A stretch of DNA of 64,000 nt, taken from assembly GCF_009914755.1 (NCBI RefSeq), contig NC_060936.1; one strand, 5' to 3'. Made by a program: the position numbers and the translations under genes. The notes under the pieces are model-generated. The model was given only the letters and a program-made list of their open reading frames with translations. It did not search any database and was not told the origin of the DNA. Positions 1 to 14,497 of the stretch are shown here, piece after piece. Each line of letters starts with the position of its first letter. The first letter of the stretch is position 1. The DNA is from the human T2T-CHM13v2.0 reference genome, Homo sapiens.

Positions 1-148
1 TTTTTAATCATGCCAGAGTAGTGAATGCCTTCATTTCATAAATAGTTATGGAGTTCCTTAGTTCATCAACCAGATGGTTAAGTTTTTGAAGATAGGGGCC
101 ATACTGTCTTTGTTATTCAATAATTTTGAATACAGTGACTTCTTAATA

Positions 149-483
149 TAGGGGTCCTTAAACCCTGGGCCATGGACCCATACAGATCCTTGGCCTGTTG
201 GGAACTGGGCTGTACAGCAGGAGGAGAGCAGAGGGCGAGCCAGCATTACTGCCTGAGCTTTGCCTCCTGTCAGATCAGCGGTGGCATTCGATTCTCATAG
301 GAGCACGAACCCTATTGTAAACTGTGTGTGCAAGGCATCTAGGTTGCATGCTCCTTATGAGAATCTAGTGCCTGATGATCTGAGGTCGAACAGTTTGTCC
401 TGAAACTGCCTCCCCTGCAAATCTGTGGAAAAATTGTCTTCCATGAAATCGGTCCCTGCTGCCAAAATGGTTGGGAACTGCTG
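149..483. mobile_element. MER1B-like hAT/Charlie MITE
   Basis: Resembles MER1 consensus; 8-bp TSD tcttaata (141-148) / tcttaatg (484-491). Confidence 0.85.
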
Positions 484-846
484 TCTTAATGAGATTCATG
501 TACCAAACTTACCTACTAAAATCTATGGGAAGAACACAAAGGAAGGACTTTCCTCCATCCTCAAGAAATGGTTCAATTGGTGGACATAATGCAAACTTGT
601 AACAACATCCATAATAGTAATGAGAAAAGTATATGCAAGGTGCTTTGGGAGCACAGGGTAGTGTAGTATTGACTTGTTTTCATCTTTACAACCAGTTACT
701 TTATGCTTTTAACATTTAGACAAGTATATAAAAGGCACATTGTTTTATAAATCTCCTCAAGGAAATTCAAGGGCAGTGGAAATTCTTTTGGTTCATGAGG
801 TGGTGTTTGGTAATAGAAAGAAAGGGTCAAAGTTGGCAAAGTGATG

Positions 847-1197
847 CAGGTTTAGTGTCCTTTATCTGAAATGCTTGTGACCAGAGTGTTTCATATTTTG
901 TATTTTTCCAGATTTTGGAATATTTGCATATACAAAATGAGATAACTTGGGGATGGAACCCAAGTCTAAACATGAAATTAATTTATGTTTCATATATATC
1001 TCTTATACACATAGCCCGAAGGTAATTTTATATGATATTTTTAGTAATTCTGTACATTGAAGATAGGAAGGGAAAAAAATAATAATTCTCTGCACGAAAC
1101 AAAGCTTTGACTGACCAGCACATGAGGTCAGGTGTGGAATTTTCCACCATGGCACTCAAAGGGTTTTGAATTTTTAGATGAGGGATGCTAAATCTAT
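847..1197. mobile_element. Tigger4/MER46-like TcMar DNA transposon remnant
   Basis: caggtttagtgtcc...atgaggtcaggtgtggaattttccac...agggatgct termini. Confidence 0.75.
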
Positions 1198-1261
1198 ATG
1201 TTGGATGGAACTTCCATTGTAGAAAAAACTTCTTGTTAGGAGCAGACTCCTAATTCGCCTA

Positions 1262-1717
<456 letters not shown>

Positions 1718-2015
1718 GTTTTCTGTATATTTGTCAACTAATTAGCTTTAGGGGTATGACGTGGGGTATGATACGGAAAGCAGCTTCAGTTTCATGATAC
1801 TAGGATGGAAATCAATGAGAAAAACTTGGAAACCAACTGCAAAAATCTTAACCAATCACAATTTTTTATGTCATTTGTATACTATTTATGATACAGACAT
1901 GGTATATACTTTATCTTGAAAGTTCTAGGCGGAAAGGTTAACATTTCTACTTATGTATTTTCCTGTTTTTGTGCTTATCTAGCTTTTTTTAAACAATTTC
2001 TTCTTTGTATTACAG

Positions 2016-2170
2016 TCTTGGTCCTTTAGTGAGTAAAGTGAAAGAATACCAAGTAGAGACAATTGTAGATACCCTCTGCACTAACATGCTTTCTGATAAA
2101 GAACAACTTCGAGACATTTCAAGTATTGGTCTTAAAACAGTAATTGGAGAACTTCCTCCAGCTTCCAGTG
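2016..2170 (+). CDS. CAND1: CAND1 coding exon (inferred exon 3, 155 nt)
   Basis: tacag| acceptor, G|gtaagc donor; encodes [51 protein letters not shown], recognisable CAND1 N-terminal HEAT region. Confidence 0.97.
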
Positions 2171-2825
2171 GTAAGCAAGAGCACATTTTTCTTCCTATTT
2201 CTTTTTGTGTGGAGGTATTTCTCCCCACCCTTTTTTCCCCTTCTGGCCAAGGAGGGAGGGAGGTGGCTGTCCTTACAGATGTTCATAGGAATCCCTTTGG
2301 ACAATTAAGAAAATTAAAGCGTGAAGCCTTATTTTCCTTAGAAATAAATGTTAAATGAATATTTTGATTGAACTTGTATGTAATATGAATTTCAGTGAAG
2401 GATTTTTATATGTTGGAGCAAGATTTTATACTGTGTGTACCATGACTGCAGACTAGAGTTATGCCAACCTATGCAGTGAGGGAAGAGATAACCAAAATAT
2501 TGCATCCTGATTAGTTCACTGTTTCCAGTATTAATTTTACTTTGCGTCAGTATTTGCTATGTAAAATGTAACACCATTCAGACATAGCTGTGGAATAGTT
2601 CAGTTTACTAGTAGCTTTAATTAAAGCTGAGCCTTTTACAGCTACTTGGTAATTAAACAAATTTAAAACTATGATTAATGTATTTGTTAACTAATTAGCT
2701 TTTGGCCTTTGATAGAAATGTGTAGGTAATATAAATTTTAGAATTGGTCTTGACTACTAAACTATTGCTAAAATTATTAGGCTAAAAGTTTTTGTCTCAT
2801 CTGCAAAAGGTGAGATTATCACCTA

Positions 2826-3174
<349 letters not shown>

Positions 3175-4111
3175 AATAATGTAGTCTGGGTATGTTATTT
3201 CCACTCATGTACTTGAATCATTCACTGTGCTAGTTTTCATGCTAAAGGCTGCATACGTAAACTAGTCTAAACATCAATCATATGGGAGGTCTTACTGTTC
3301 CTTCTAGTTTGTAGATGGGAGAACTGAAATTCAGAGAGATTAGGTTAATTCACCCAAAGTTGGGTGAGTAATTGGGTAAAGATTCAAATCCATTTTCTTT
3401 TAATCGAAAAAGGATGCTTTCTTCAATGTATCATACCAGTGTTATTTTACCTTTATTAAATAGTTACTTATTTCAATAAAACATTTCACCAACTCAGAAG
3501 TATGTTATTTATAATTGTATTAGCTATGTATATATTTTTTAATTTTTTTTCTCTCATTGAAATGTGTTTGCATTGAGCCAATTTCCGGTTCTTACAAGAA
3601 TTTTTTTAACCATTCAGATTCTTACTTTCACAGTGACTTGTTCTTTTTCTTCTCTCATCAGTAACAACATGACCTACTGTAAGTAGTAACAATTCTGATT
3701 TATGAGTCCTGGAACGAGGTTTCTGCTTTATAATGAAGTTACGGAATCTTTGGGTTGGAAAGGACCTTATTAAAAGTTATGGCTGATTTTTTTTTTTAAA
3801 GAAGCTGCTAAGCATTGGAGCTCAGAATATATGCTTTTTAATTCACTGAAGTTTAAAAGGCTAGTCTACTAGAAAAGACTCAAATAGAGAAAACTCTCCT
3901 TGCTGCTTTTCAATCTAGGTGTGCAAGCTCTACAGCTACTACTGGCTCCATAGCTAGCATTCATACCAATGCATACAGATTATCCAGTAGATAGCATAGT
4001 TATCTATCTACTATTACTAGTTATCTATAATATCTACTATTATCCAGTAGAAAGAATCTGCTGACATCTGTATTGTTTTCTGTGTCCTTTACCCCTTCTG
4101 AAGTTGTCATC

Positions 4112-4355
4112 TCTAATTCTTGTTTATGTCCAGTAAGTTATTTTATTGAAAAGCAGCCTGTTTTGAAAGATGTGTTTTTCTCCCACAGATCTCCTGTGTC
4201 TCATGATCAGGTGTGGAGTTGTTAAATATTTGGTCTAATTCTTGTTTATTTCTATAAGTCATTTTATTGAAAAGCAGCCTGTTTTGAAAGATGTGTTTTT
4301 CTGCCCTGGATCTGTTGTGTCTCATGATCAAGTGTGGAGTTGTTAAATATTTGGT
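4112..4355. repeat. ~121-bp tandem duplication in CAND1 intron 3
   Basis: tctaattcttgtttat...gtgtggagttgttaaatatttggt present twice, starting at 4112 and 4234. Confidence 0.95.
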
Positions 4356-4426
4356 AACTACCATGAATATAAGAGGGAATTCAACATGCTTGCCTTGAAA
4401 TTATTATTGGCTTCTTATTCATGCAG

Positions 4427-4550
4427 GCTCTGCATTAGCTGCTAATGTATGTAAAAAGATTACTGGACGTCTTACAAGTGCAATAGCAAAACAGGAAGAT
4501 GTCTCTGTTCAGCTAGAAGCCTTGGATATTATGGCTGATATGTTGAGCAG
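4427..4550 (+). CDS. CAND1: CAND1 exon 4 (124 nt)
   Basis: tgcag| ... AG|gtaagt; continues frame: [42 protein letters not shown]. Confidence 0.96.
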
Positions 4551-5824
4551 GTAAGTGTGCCTGTTTATTTCCGTTACTCGTAATACAGATAACTACATTA
4601 ATTTACTAAAAACCCTTTCTAGTAAATATAATAAAACTTGGTCAGAAATTATTCATATTTAAATGGTGGCTGTTTTATCAATTTGTGTGATTGGGAGTGA
4701 GGGGGAAATAAGCTAATTACACTAACATATAAGTATATAATATTGTATAGTAAACATTTTGTAGTTCTTTAAAGTAATTAATAAAATTTGTGATTTTAAA
4801 TTTTTTTTAGCACGGTTCATGTTTTGTTTTACTCATATATTCTTGCATTCAGTGGTGTATTTAGATAAGGAGATGTGCTGGTAGTTACGGATTTTCCGGT
4901 TAAAAGAATGCTGGTAATCTTCGGTAACCATATTAATAGTGCATATTTTAGGGGAGGGAGGACCTTGGCTTTTATGTATTTGTTGCTTTTTCACTTTCCT
5001 TTGGAAGTCAGATGTTAGAACATAGACAGACCTAAGCAACTCCTAGGAGAAAATACCTTAAAGGACCTGTCAATTTCTGATTCTCATATTCATTATAGGC
5101 CACCATTATTTGTGTGTGTTTTTTGTGGCAAATTCATGTCAACTTAAAAACAATCAAGTGCCTTCAGGTGGGTGTGTGGGTGTGTGTGTATAAAGTGAGG
5201 AGCTATCATCCTGGCACTGAAAGAGCTTATACTTTACGATAGGACATAAGAACACCGATGGCTACAGGGCAGAATGGGACTAAAGACTAACTGGGAGCAT
5301 AGTGTGTTTTGGGTTTTAAAATGGAAGGATTCAAGAAAATTGTTTTTATGGAAAGTGGCATTTGAATTGGGTTTTGAAGAATGGGTAGCCCTTCAATAGT
5401 TAGATGTGCCCAGGTGTAGAATACATAAGTAGTATGCGAATGGGGAAGCATATTCTAGTTTTCTAGAATAGAGAATGAATAGAAAAGCAGTAGGAAATCA
5501 TTCTGATAGATTGGGGTCATGTTGAGGTGGATGAGGAATTTATGTTTAATTTGATAAACTGAAAATTCAGACTTTTTGTCCTGTGCATGATTTAATCACG
5601 AACACTGATTGTCCTGGCACAGGTTTGGGTAGTAGTGACTCATTGAACTATACATTTGAGATGATTTGGAAGAGGGGTGTTGGAACAACAGGAACAATGA
5701 AACTATATATAGAGGAAAGCCAATAAGGGAGAGGGAGAACTCAAGAGAAGGTCAGTTTTTTAGTGTTGTGAATCCCCCCCTAAAAAAGCAATACAGAAAG
5801 TCAGAATACAGAAAATCATTTAGA

Positions 5825-6127
5825 TTTCTTTTTTTTTTTCTTTCTTGAGATGGAGTCTCACTCTGTCACCCAGGCTGGAGTGCAGTTCTGTGATCTCAGC
5901 TTACTGCAGCCTCCGCCTCCTGGGTTCAAGTGATTCTCGTGCCTCAGCTTCCTGAGTAGCTGGGATTACAGGTGCCCACCACCTCCACTGGCTAATTTTT
6001 GTATTTTTAGTAGAGGCAGGGTTTTACCATGTTGGCCAGGGTGGTCTCGAACGCCTAACCTCAAGTTATCCACCCGCCTGAGCCTCCCAAAGTGCTGGGA
6101 TTATAGGCATGAGCCACCATTCCTGGC
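5825..6127 (-). mobile_element. AluS, antisense
   Basis: 17-bp TSD acagaaaatcatttaga (5808-5824 / 6128-6144). Confidence 0.95.
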
Positions 6128-6180
6128 ACAGAAAATCATTTAGAGATTTTGGAAGGAGAAAGTGACAAGATGATTGTGTA

Positions 6181-6549
<369 letters not shown>

Positions 6550-6800
6550 TAATTGGGGATTTAGGTCTAGATTCCCGGAGTCAGTTTGGCAATGTAAATT
6601 TCAGTGCTGCATTCACTTAGCTCAGGTTTCAGTTGCATTGGTAGATAAAGTGATAATTTAATTTTTCTTTCACTATGAATTAGTCTCAACTAAATTTGTG
6701 TTCTGAATATTTGCATTGAGGTCAGAGGCCAGACATTTAGTAGTGGCCAGGCATCTTGAATTCATTTGTTGTTTTCTTTCTTTTTTTATTTTATTTTAAG

Positions 6801-7057
6801 GCAAGGAGGACTTCTTGTTAATTTCCATCCTTCAATTCTGACCTGTCTACTTCCCCAGTTGACCAGCCCTAGACTTGCAGTGAGGAAAAGAACCATTATC
6901 GCTCTTGGCCATCTGGTTATGAGCTGTGGAAATATAGTTTTTGTAGATCTTATTGAACATCTGTTGTCAGAGTTGTCCAAAAATGATTCTATGTCAACAA
7001 CAAGAACCTACATACAATGTATTGCTGCTATTAGTAGGCAAGCTGGTCATAGAATAG
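6801..7057 (+). CDS. CAND1: CAND1 exon 5 (257 nt)
   Basis: ttttaag| ... AG|gtaaga; QGGLLVNFHPSILTCLLPQLTSPRLAVRKR...AGHRI. Confidence 0.97.
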
Positions 7058-7141
7058 GTAAGAAATCTTTAAAAGTTTTACAGTTTTCTTTAATTAAAAA
7101 AATTAATGCATGTTTTTAAAGAACCATTATGCTTTTCTTAG

Positions 7142-7247
7142 GTGAATACCTTGAGAAGATAATTCCTTTGGTGGTAAAATTTTGCAATGTAGATGATGAT
7201 GAATTAAGAGAGTACTGTATTCAAGCCTTTGAATCATTTGTAAGAAG
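7142..7247 (+). CDS. CAND1: CAND1 exon 6 (106 nt)
   Basis: ttttcttag| ... AG|gtaagt; [36 protein letters not shown]; preceded by an 84-nt intron. Confidence 0.96.
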
Positions 7248-8343
7248 GTAAGTTTTTAAGATCTCTATTTTTTACAAAAAGTTTTTCCTTAAGAGTAGAA
7301 TCATAAGGTCTACATTAGGTGTGTGAGGAGAAGCGGCCTTTTGGATTTCAGATATAACAGACAATACAGTATTTGAAACTAATGTCATCTTGCTATTATA
7401 AAATGTGGTCATCACATTTATTTTGAAAATTTTCCTTGTCATTGTTAGGACTTTATTTAAAGAATTTTGGAAAGGTATTTATAATTATTTTGGGTTTACT
7501 TTAGAAGGGAAGAAATGCCAGTGTAATAATGTAGTCTGTACTGAAAGCCCAGCAGGATAAATTATTCGTCAGAAATAAGTAGTGAATTGCCTTTTCAACA
7601 ATTTCTTAGGTCACATCCATTTTGCTAGGTCAGTGATTCTCAATTTGGAAACTGATTCTAATATATTTTTTAAAAGCTTAGTAAAAGTTGTGTATTTGTG
7701 TACTAGAAGGCAATACAAGATAAGTAACATTATTTTTCCTCTTGACTAATGCAGTAGCATGGTGTCTTGAGACCTTACTGGTTGTTTTCTGCATTTATCC
7801 CTTGACACTCCTGGTTTTGAGAAGTGGCTTTTAATCATACCATATTCTGAAAATCAGAAATTGTTAGATTCATTTTTGTTCCTTTAGTTGAGAAACACAA
7901 AGTATTCTTTTATTTGCTGGCCCTGTGGGCATTTATATGTTCTGTCCTCTCATTACATCGGTAGAAGACCAAGCCTAGGTGAATATGCACTGGCATTTCC
8001 ACAAATAATCCTAGTTACTGAAGAGCACATTCATCTGGGTTTGGTTTTCTAATAACATGTTGATTATATACCGATTTCTGTCTATACTGCCATACATTAA
8101 CCATAACATAGTTAAAATCGGGATTAGGGGAGTTCATCTTAAAATTGATTAAATAAGTACAATTTGAAAGGTAAACCTTTTAAAATAGTAAGTCCATGGG
8201 AGAGAAAGAGCAAGAATCATTGGTGCTAGATAGTCTGGGAACTACTGTCCTATGTTATTGCTGGTAATAAAGCAAAATGTGGCAGGTAATGAATCAAGGA
8301 GTAAAATGCAGCTCTTCAAGGCAGCTTTTGTTTTTGTCTTTAG

Positions 8344-8489
8344 ATGTCCTAAGGAAGTATATCCTCATGTTTCTACCATTATAAATATTTGTCTTAAATA
8401 TCTTACCTATGATCCAAATTATAATTACGATGATGAAGATGAAGATGAAAATGCAATGGATGCTGATGGTGGTGATGATGATGATCAAG
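8344..8489 (+). CDS. CAND1: CAND1 exon 7 (146 nt)
   Basis: gtctttag| ... AG|gtattg; CPKEVYPHVSTIINICLKYLTYDPNYNYDDEDEDENAMDADGGDDDDQ (acidic loop). Confidence 0.96.
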
Positions 8490-9619
8490 GTATTGCAAAT
8501 TAAATAGAATCTTTTGAGTTTTTGTGAAAGACACTTATAGATGGAGATGATTCTTAGTCCAAATTGTACTGTTTGTTTTATTTAGTTATAATAGTGAAAA
8601 GGGAAATGATCTCAATATTTGACAACAGCAAATTAAGTTAGAGGGCATCCATGTATTGAACTGTTATGCAACACATTAAAAAATCATGTCTAAAAATCAT
8701 TCATTAATGCTGTTAATAAGGTGAGTGAAAAGTATGTAGCAAAAATTGCTCACCATAGCCCAATTTTATTTCTTTAAGTATACAGAAAAAAATCTGTATA
8801 TTTACAACTAGTACTATTACCACTTGTTTTCTCTTGGCTAGGAACTATGTATGATTTTTGGTTTTAAGTACTATTCAAATTTTCTACAAAGCATTTTTGT
8901 AAGGAGATAAACCAAGGTTTTAGAAAGAATTGAATCTGTAGATATACATATTTAGGGCAGCTTGGCTTGAAAGAATATTAGTTTGTTTATTCATAGTTCA
9001 TGAAAAATTCTAAATACTGTTCGAGGCCCCATTTAACATTCATTAATAGCTTACAACATTTCTGAGGCTCCTAAGATTGATGTAATCACACGATGATTTA
9101 TGATATTTACTCTGGAAAGTAGTAGCAGCACTTCAAGGACATAGGGGTTGCTCATGTCAGTTGTTTCTGTTTGTATTGGAAGAATCATAATAACAAATAT
9201 TTAAGTTGGTAAATTACTAGGTAAACAGGTTGGTGGATTTTTTGTTATTTTTGAGAATACTTTTTAGTTTGATTCTTTGAATGAATTTACATAACAGCTT
9301 TCCTGTCAAGTCAGTAATTTCACCCATCTTTAAAAAACAAGTACCAAAAGAGTTTCTTAACACCATATACTCCTCTAGCAGCTGCTGCCTAGTTTCTCTC
9401 CTCCACAACAGAGCTCCTTAAAAGAATGCAGTTCCATTTTCTTTTTTCCATTCTCTCTTGAATCCACTCCTCCAGTGATGGATGAGATTGCAAATGTTTG
9501 ACTCTGCCTATCGTATTACTCAGTCTCGGCAACATTTCTTTATTTAGCTTCTGGGATACCATTCTAGCCTGGATGTAGTCCTATCGTTGTGATTACTCCA
9601 GTCTTCGATGCTGTTTCTT

Positions 9620-10195
9620 CTTCTTCACCCTGACCACTGTACTTAGAGTATCCCAAGGCTCAGTCCTTGAACTTAACCTGTTATACTGTTGATTTTTTTG
9701 TTGATCTCATCTAGTCTCCTGGCTTTAATATCAATATGCTGGCAACCCACATCCTATCTTTAATCCAGATCTCACTTGTGAATCCAGATTCATATGCAAC
9801 TGCTTAATTAATATTGCTGCTTGGATATCTAAAATATCTTTTCCCTGCCCCTTCCCCATCTCCCACCTAACCTGTTCTTCTTTAGCCTTTTCCATCTCAG
9901 AATGGTACCTCTATTCTTCTTAGTTGATCAGGCCAAAAACCTTGCAGTCATACCTGATTCCTTTTTCACACATCCCTCAGCTAGTCTTCCACCTCAGAAC
10001 TATCTTTCATTTTATTGTTTTTATTTTGTTTATCACACTTAGTAACTTTCTGACATACTGTAATTGATGGTCTCCTACCTATTAGAATATAAGTTTCATG
10101 AAGGCTAGATGTTTTAATCTCTTGATTGACTGCTTTATTCCAGTGCCTAGGACAGTACTTGACACACAGGCAATCAATAAATGGGTTGTATTAAT
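9620..10195. mobile_element. L2 fragments (approximate)
   Basis: L2 3'-end motifs (tagaatataagtttcatgaaggc...ccagtgcctaggacagta...caataaat). Confidence 0.55.
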
Positions 10196-11716
10196 GAAGG
10201 GAAACTTTAGCTTATATTTTAATATGAATATCTTTTGAAGAAAGCAGTAGCAATGTATATTCCAGGTTTTGAATTTTGTTTTTTTGTGTGCTGTATAACA
10301 AACTAGGTACTTCACCTGCTTTATCACTTAGTATGAATTATACCCATTAAATGACTTTTCTACCATGGTGTTTTTGTGATTTATAAAATCAACGTAATTT
10401 TAGTGAATAAGGACATTTGTTAATTTTTTATAATCTTGTTTTTAATAAAGCTTATATTTCTGGGAGGCAATTGCCATAGTGTATTGACATGGAAAAAATT
10501 TTATGTGCTCTTAACTTGATAGTGTATTTTGGCAGTATCTTTTAACTTTATTTGAATAGATATTGGTAAATAAGCAAACGTCTTGCATTTAGCAGTATTT
10601 GGTTGTATTTTCCTGTAATGTGCTAAGGTGAATTTTAAGCTTTTGAGTTGGAAAATTTTATTATTTTGTTGTATACTGTAGAATCTTCTAAGGCCTAGCT
10701 GGCTACATTTGACTGTCAAACTAAGCTAATTGGAATAAAAGCCAGTAAAAAGTTACTACTCCGCTCTATTATTTCAAGGCTATGTATAGTCTTATCTAAG
10801 AATAAAGAAATTATTGTGAGATAATTTTAGACTATCATGATAACTGCTAATATTTCTGCCACCTTTCTGACTTCATATTACCCAACTAATTAAACCTGAT
10901 GGTGTTAGAAAGAAAGATTTTCTGGAGATTTCACACACATGTTATCCATCAAGTATAGATAAGTGAGATACAATTCTTAGTGCTTTTGCTTTGAATGTTT
11001 AAGGTTTAGCATTAGGGGAAAAAATGGTCCTCTGTTAAGTGTGCAGCATTTTCTTGGTATAATTAAGCAAAAATGGTTTTGTTAAAGTACATTAAGACAA
11101 AATTGTGAAAGGTTTAGAATATACATATTTGTTCCTCACAGCTTATCAACAAGTTGAGTGAAAAGCCTTGTAGTCACAAAGCTGATGTCAACCTTCTTTT
11201 TATTCCCAGCAAATTAGTTCTACAGTGTTTTGGGATTGGTAACCATTCTTTTTATCACCTACTCTATTACCACAAATCCATTTCATGGTTTGTCTTATAA
11301 AGTCCCTGATTGTTTGCTTGATTTTTCCTATGCTGTTAAGTAAGTTCTTTGAATTTTGTTTCAAAGGCTGGGAAATTTATGACTATAAATATTTATATTC
11401 TAAAGAAGTTGAATGTGTTAATTGATGATTTTAAAGGGTTAAAATAAGCAGCAGTTCATTACAAAGTAAATGAGAAAATGTTTAACTAATTAAAAATACC
11501 ATTATGTTTGTTTTTTAAGTTTAATTTATGTGCAGATTTACAGAAATAACAAGCTCTTTGTTCAAGTTCTAGTTCTGTTGAAACCTACCTGTTGCTGTAT
11601 ATGTTACCGGAAAGTTAGATTAACTGATTTGGTTAAGAATATCAATTGATTTTCTGTTTTAAATGATATACTTCTCTTGTCATTAATAGCCTGTTTACAT
11701 TAAAACTTACCCTTAG

Positions 11717-12009
11717 GGAGTGATGATGAATACAGTGATGATGATGACATGAGTTGGAAAGTGAGACGTGCAGCTGCGAAGTGCTTGGATGCTGTAGTTA
11801 GCACAAGGCATGAAATGCTTCCAGAATTCTACAAGACCGTCTCTCCTGCACTAATATCCAGATTTAAAGAGCGTGAAGAGAATGTAAAGGCAGATGTTTT
11901 TCACGCATACCTTTCTCTTTTGAAGCAAACTCGTCCTGTACAAAGTTGGCTATGTGACCCTGATGCAATGGAGCAGGGAGAAACACCTTTAACAATGCTT
12001 CAGAGTCAG
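11717..12009 (+). CDS. CAND1: CAND1 exon 8 (293 nt)
   Basis: cccttag| ... CAG|gtgggt; [24 protein letters not shown]...LTMLQSQ. Confidence 0.96.
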
Positions 12010-13372
12010 GTGGGTTTTAAAGTAAAGTTTAGAAAATCATGATAGTAAATGCAATGCTTTTAAAATTGTCTTTATATGGAAAGGTGAGTTCCAGAATATC
12101 TATAGAGAAGCAGAAAGTTCTAGGATATGTTTATATAGTTAATGCATGTTCATATTATGTTAGTTGTAAACTATTCTAATTGAATTATTCTTGGCTTTAC
12201 ATGATAAACAATATTTAAATAATTTTAAGATTCAGTAAAGTAGTCTTTATCTTTGATGTTAATAGAGAAGTCTTAGAGCTGTGGAGTCATACTACTTGCG
12301 ATCACATAACTGACTTCATTTCTAATTTAGGTGTGTGATCTTGGGCAAGTTATTTAGTCATTTTATTAAACCTCACTTTTCTTATTTGTAATAAGAACGT
12401 ACTTAGAAATATCTACCTGTGGTTGTGAGAGCTGGGTGATCTGTGTAGAGCATTCAGTGTAGTGCCTACTACATATATGCTTGATATATGCCAGTACTTA
12501 CTAATAAAATACACATTTTTTCACTTGAGGGCATTTGTTTTCTAAGATCCTAAACATTAGAGCTATTATATGCTCCCATTTATTGAATATTTATTACATA
12601 CCAGGCATTCTCCTATCTTATATGTAATCTCTACAGCAGCCCTATGGGATGCACAAATAGTAGGTCAATTTTTATAGATTACAAAACAGATATTGCCAGG
12701 GATTAAACCAGTGGAGAGGACGGGACACACATACTGTATCTATCTTGTTTTTAAGTAGTACAAATAAATACATTTTTGTGGTGAACTTACTCATAAAGGT
12801 GAATGTTGAAGATTAATTGTAGAAGGAAATGAGATAAAGTGTATGGAGGACATATGCAAGTGAGTGAGTATATAGAAGTCAGGTATTGCTCAGTAGAGTT
12901 GCCAGGAATTCTGACAATGCTATGGAAAGTCAGACATTTTTTTTGTTTTGTCTAGTTCTTAGATCATTGTGTAATTAGGGTATGTGTCCATGTAGTTTGG
13001 TTGTTGGGATTTTTCTTGGCTTTTTGTTTTTACTCTGTACTTGCTTTGCTGTTGAGGTATTCTAGAAGCTCCGTTGATAGCTTTGCATCCGTAAGATTTG
13101 TTAGTAGAGACCCTGTTTGTTTTACTGACTAGCAAAACATTAGGAAGTTTAGAGCAGATGTCTTTTAATCATACCCCTGCTGCTTGTAGCTACATTTGAA
13201 GTGAGGTTGATTCCTTCTAACAGCAAATGGAAAGTAAGAAAAGGACCTGTTCGATGGTTGCTTTTCCATAATTTGTCTTGTTTCCTTTGATTTTTATCTG
13301 TGCTGTTGTCATTCAAAATACCATTTATAAATTAACCTCCTAAATTTTTTATTGAAAATATGATTTGATTAA

Positions 13373-13681
<309 letters not shown>

Positions 13682-13998
13682 TATTAATTTCTTTTTAGTC
13701 ATGTATGTTTCACAATTAAAAATTAAGTAGGGAAGACTATTTTGTTGCTCTCTGGAAAGCTAAATGATAGCTTTTCTGTAATTTCTTATCAGTATCAAGC
13801 AAATATAGTTACAAGAGAACATATATAATACATGCAACAAACTTGATCTTGTGTTAGCAATAGCAATAGATAGCTGAATTAGGAATTTAACAAAAAAAGA
13901 TAAACTCTTCCCTTTATCCTCATTCTCCATAATTCATGTTAAGTGTACTGAGGAAATACCAACAGCTGAACCAGCTAATGACTATATGATAATTGCAG

Positions 13999-14140
13999 GT
14001 TCCCAACATTGTTAAAGCTCTTCACAAACAGATGAAAGAAAAAAGTGTGAAGACCCGACAGTGTTGTTTTAACATGTTAACTGAGCTGGTAAATGTATTA
14101 CCTGGGGCCCTAACTCAACACATTCCTGTACTTGTACCAG
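13999..14140 (+). CDS. CAND1: CAND1 exon 9 (142 nt)
   Basis: ttgcag| ... CAG|gtatga; [47 protein letters not shown]. Confidence 0.95.
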
Positions 14141-14497
14141 GTATGAAAGAAACATAAATCTCTTTTGGGACTTATTGTAGCCTTTTTGTTAGGACTTAGA
14201 TAAGCTTAAATAATTGTTTCCTTTTAAAGGAATATATGTGACAACTTAATATGCACATAGAGCTAACTTTTTAATCTAACAATCTTGAATACCTGAAGTT
14301 AGAAATTTGTAAGTAAAAGGTTAAAAGTCTCACCCTAAAATATTTGGCTGTAATATTTATTGTAGATGGTGAAAATTTCTACTTATAGAAATAATATAAT
14401 GAAGTGGGAACATTAGCAGTACTATAGGGGTTGATTTTTAATTTTTCTTTCTTAAAAGTCTGCACAGCAATGATTGGATTTTTTGTTGGCTTTTTAG

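Noticed and set aside
7058-7141. In-frame retention of short introns (84 nt here; 81 nt at 19465-19545)
   Set aside because: Both lengths are multiples of 3 but contain in-frame stops, so no extended protein
8490-8500. GTAT-starting donors as U12-type introns (introns 7 and 9)
   Set aside because: Lack the GTATCCT consensus and a TCCTTAAC branch site
14431-14497. Hydrophobic 'N-terminal extension' of the 528-aa ORF resembling a signal peptide
   Set aside because: It is the intron 9 polypyrimidine region; the true acceptor is at 14497/14498
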